A DNA stretch of 64,000 nucleotides from an uncultured bacterium (GTDB lineage Bacteria > Zixibacteria > MSB-5A5 > GN15 > FEB-12), in assembly GCA_965372795.1 (NCBI GenBank), contig CBDVDR010000018.1:10735-74734 (forward strand). The letters are read 5' to 3'. Shown in pieces: positions 61,223 to 64,000 of this stretch. Positions within the stretch are counted from its first letter, which is position 1, and each line of letters starts with the position of its first letter. The notes beneath the pieces are model-generated. The model ran no database searches and had not been told where the DNA came from. It was given only the letters and a program-made list of their open reading frames with translations. Position numbers and translations under genes: made by a program.

Positions 61223-61666
61223 TTAAAAAACGATTTTTGCTTTCTCTATTTCGGCTAAGTCGAGTATTAGCTGGTTATCATCAATCAGAAATTCCACCTT
61301 GTTATCTCCAGCTGATACGATCTTTGCCTTAATATATTTTCGACTCTGGTCCGCAAACAAAACTTTAACAGTTTCACCAATGCGGTATTCAAAGTCATCT
61401 ATAGTCGTTAATGGCCGATCCAAACCCGGCGATGACACCTCAAGGGTGTATCCGGACTTAAAGAGATCGGTACCATCAATTAAGTCACCTACTATACGAG
61501 AAATCCGAGCACATTCACTCAAAGAAGTTTTATCCTTAGCATATACAAAAAGCCTCACGGTATGGTTACCTTTATAACTTGATAAAACGATGTCAACAAT
61601 GAAGCATCCTTCATCAAGTAACGGCTTTTCAACAGCTTGTCGAATTTTCTCTTTATTTCTGTCCAT
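61223..61666 (-). CDS. rimP: Ribosome maturation factor RimP
   Basis: YTLEVSSPGLDRPL; directly upstream of nusA. Confidence 0.95.
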   Translation of the reverse strand: MDRNKEKIRQAVEKPLLDEGCFIVDIVLSSYKGNHTVRLFVYAKDKTSLSECARISRIVGDLIDGTDLFKSGYTLEVSSPGLDRPLTTIDDFEYRIGETVKVLFADQSRKYIKAKIVSAGDNKVEFLIDDNQLILDLAEIEKAKIVF

Positions 61667-61677
61667 AACTTAAGCAC

Positions 61678-61704
61678 AAAAAAGAGTGGGCACTTGCCCA
61701 CCCC
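61678..61704 (-). promoter_or_regulatory. rimP-leader hairpin / terminator
   Basis: Minus strand GGGGTGGGCA-ag-TGCCCACTCTTTTTT, ~11 nt before the rimP start. Confidence 0.7.
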
Positions 61705-61753
61705 AATTAGGAAATATACAAACTAAGTTATTCCGGCGCAATAAAATTCTAAC

Positions 61754-63472
61754 TTAATTAAGCTTTTCAAGCAGAGATTTTACAGCTTCAACAGTCTTTT
61801 CAACCGGAATCAGTTCCTTATCTTTATCTTTTCTGGCTTTTAGCTCTATATTGCCATCTTTCAACGACTTCTCTCCAATTGTGATTCTGACCGGGATACC
61901 GATTAAATCAGCGTCATTGAATTTTACACCCGGTCTCTCATTACGATCATCAAGCATGGTCTCAATTCCGGCTTCGTTTAGTTCTTTATAGAGCTTTTCA
62001 GCAACTTCCATTTGGGTTGGGTTGTCAACCTTAAGTGGGATTATCTCAACATGATACGGGGCAATATTTTTAGGCCATATAATGCCATAATCATCATAAT
62101 ATTTCTCTAAAGCTGCTTGTGGAGTCCTAGTAACACCAATGCCATAAGAACCCATTAAAATCGGATGTTCCTGTCCTTCTGAATCAAGGAATTTAGCTCC
62201 CAAAGATTCCGAATACTTGGTTCCGAGCATAAATGTATTGCCTACTTCAATACCCTGCTTGGCCGACAAATGACCATTACAATTCGGACATTGATCATTT
62301 TCACTTGCCAGAGAAAAATCTTCAATTTTAGTCGGCTTAAAATCACGTTCAAGGTTTACATTTAGGATATGCTTTTCAAATTTATTGGCACCGACAATGA
62401 AGTTTTTCAATTTGGTAACCATCGAATCAACATAAATAGGAACATCATTCAAACCTACCGGACCGGCAAAACCGACCGGAGCCCCGGTATATTTTTTGAC
62501 TTGTTCAGGATTTGCCATTTCAAATTCAACAGCTCCTAAGGCATTTTTAAGTTTAATTTCATTCAGGTCTCTATCACCTCTGATTAAAACAGCGACAGGT
62601 TTTTCATCAGCCATGTAAATAAGAGTTTTAACCAGTTGAGTTGATTTAACCTTCAAAAAGTCAGTTACTTCTTCAATTGTTGCCGCCCCGGGAGTGTCGA
62701 CTTCTTTGGTATCTTTCAGTTCTGAATCAATTTCAAATTGGGCCGTGTCAACAAAATCAGCTTTTTCAACATTAGCAGCAAAATTACATTTATCACAAAA
62801 TAATACAACCTCTTCCCCGGCATTAGTGTCTACCAGCATCATGAATTCATGAGCCGCCTTACCGCCCATCGCACCGGTATCTGATTCAACTTTAACAACA
62901 TCCAAGCCGGCTCTTTTGAAAATCCTGAAATATGCATCAACCATTTTCTGATAAGATTTTTCAAATGATTCTTCATTGGCATCAAAAGTATAAGCATCTT
63001 TCATGATAAATTCTCTGCCCCGTAAAAGACCGGAACGAGGACGGATTTCATCACGAAACTTAACCTGGATTTGATATAAATTCAAAGGTAATTGACGATA
63101 GCTTTTTAATTCTCCGGCAACAAGATTGGTAACGGTTTCTTCGTGAGTACCGCAGAGAACCATTTCATGCATATGTCTATCTTTTAGGCGCATTTGCTCT
63201 TTACCAACAGTATCATATCTGCCGGAAGTCTTCCAGACTTCAGCCGGACAAAGCACTGACATTGTAATTTCAAGAGCACCGGCACGGTTCATCTCTTCTC
63301 TGACAATATCAGAGAATTTTTGAATTACTCTCTGCATCAAGGGCAAATACAAATAAACTCCGGAGGCTAATTTTCTTATATATCCTGCACGGAGTAACAA
63401 TTTATGTGAGATCATTTCTGCTTCGGATGGTGTCTCGCGAAGAGTTGGTATGTAAGTTTCTGTCCAGCGCAT
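61754..63472 (-). CDS. proS: Proline-tRNA ligase (bacterial type, with editing insertion)
   Basis: SHKLLLRAGYIR, KFRDEIRPR.GLLRGREF.MKDAY, GIEVG, MGSYGIG. Confidence 0.97.
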   Translation of the reverse strand: MRWTETYIPTLRETPSEAEMISHKLLLRAGYIRKLASGVYLYLPLMQRVIQKFSDIVREEMNRAGALEITMSVLCPAEVWKTSGRYDTVGKEQMRLKDRHMHEMVLCGTHEETVTNLVAGELKSYRQLPLNLYQIQVKFRDEIRPRSGLLRGREFIMKDAYTFDANEESFEKSYQKMVDAYFRIFKRAGLDVVKVESDTGAMGGKAAHEFMMLVDTNAGEEVVLFCDKCNFAANVEKADFVDTAQFEIDSELKDTKEVDTPGAATIEEVTDFLKVKSTQLVKTLIYMADEKPVAVLIRGDRDLNEIKLKNALGAVEFEMANPEQVKKYTGAPVGFAGPVGLNDVPIYVDSMVTKLKNFIVGANKFEKHILNVNLERDFKPTKIEDFSLASENDQCPNCNGHLSAKQGIEVGNTFMLGTKYSESLGAKFLDSEGQEHPILMGSYGIGVTRTPQAALEKYYDDYGIIWPKNIAPYHVEIIPLKVDNPTQMEVAEKLYKELNEAGIETMLDDRNERPGVKFNDADLIGIPVRITIGEKSLKDGNIELKARKDKDKELIPVEKTVEAVKSLLEKLN

Positions 63473-63661
63473 CTTAAAACCTTCTAATTCATGTCTTTAT
63501 AATGTTAATAGTCTACAATAATGATTGGTGAAGATAATCATAAAACGATTTAAATCAACTAAAAGCTGTCATTTCTATTTTTTCGAAGGGTAGTTATAAT
63601 TTCTATTGATTTTCTATTAAATATAAACTATTGATAGACAGCTTGAATAATCAAAACTTTT

Positions 63662-63733
63662 GCCCCCGTTGTGTAACGGATATCACGCCAGCCTCCGAAG
63701 CTGGTAATTCAGGTTCGATTCCTGACGGGGGTA
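63662..63733 (+). tRNA. tRNA-Arg (CCG)
   Basis: GCCCCCG/CGGGGGT-A acceptor, CCAGC-CT-CCG-AA-GCTGG anticodon arm, GGTTCGATTCC; CCA not encoded. Confidence 0.95.
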
Positions 63734-63852
63734 TAATTATTATTTCAATTATCATCCACTTTTCTTGAATTTTTAGAAATGTTTTTGTGAATTTCCCAAT
63801 ATCTAAAAGAATATATTTCTGTCTTAAATAGACAATTATCATCAATGATAAT

Positions 63853-64000
63853 TTAATTTCTGCTCAATATCTGAACATGTATTTTTTCAATGATCAAAAA
63901 TAAAACCCTGCCGCCGTCCAAGGCCGGAATCGGCAAAAAATTTATTATAGCTAAATTTATAGATAGCAGGGCTGTAAACTGTAAGACATAAATTAATCCC
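63853..64000 (-). CDS. rseP: 3' end of an RseP/M50 site-2 protease gene running off the window, apparently truncated at the C-terminus
   Basis: Hand translation [48 protein letters not shown]; contains the M50 NxxPxxxLDGG motif. Confidence 0.75.
   Translation of the reverse strand, partial: GLIYVLQFTALLSINLAIINFLPIPALDGGRVLFLIIEKIHVQILSRN

Noticed and set aside
322..61577. Numerous short antisense or nested ORFs in the six-frame track
   Set aside because: They are shadows of long, well-supported CDSs and show no motifs
63662..63733. tRNAs lacking encoded CCA
   Set aside because: Common in bacteria that have a CCA-adding enzyme

Overview
AT-rich bacterial chromosomal window. The lineage is probably Zixibacteria-like, inferred only from the Cys-rich C-terminal dockerin-like modules. 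The left ~27 kb is accessory: an extended GlpX-like FBPase, a MacA-type adaptor with two permeases, a ZIP transporter, an ATL(MGMT-like)/DUF523/DUF1722 fusion, a PFK with PPi-type motifs, EttA, and five secreted proteins ending in dockerin-like modules (an S8 protease, two tandem M6 metalloproteases, a triple-repeat protein and an unknown protein). It also holds a ~0.65-kb non-coding region of nested palindromes with a 167-bp tandem repeat, and tRNA-Leu(CAA). The middle carries PBP1A, tyrS, lipoproteins, a sugar ABC transporter and a translationally coupled operon of four uncharacterised membrane proteins (DUF6754-like) followed by an unannotated 45-aa zinc-ribbon ORF. The right side is housekeeping (leuS, pnp, rpsO, ribF, truB, nrnA, rbfA, infB, nusA, rimP, proS, tRNA-Arg(CCG)), with a truncated rseP-like fragment at the edge. 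The best candidates for undescribed biology are the DUF6754 membrane operon, the dockerin-tagged secreted proteins with exactly shared dockerin DNA, the ATL-DUF523 fusion and the repeat region. All calls come from reading motifs by eye; no searches were run.
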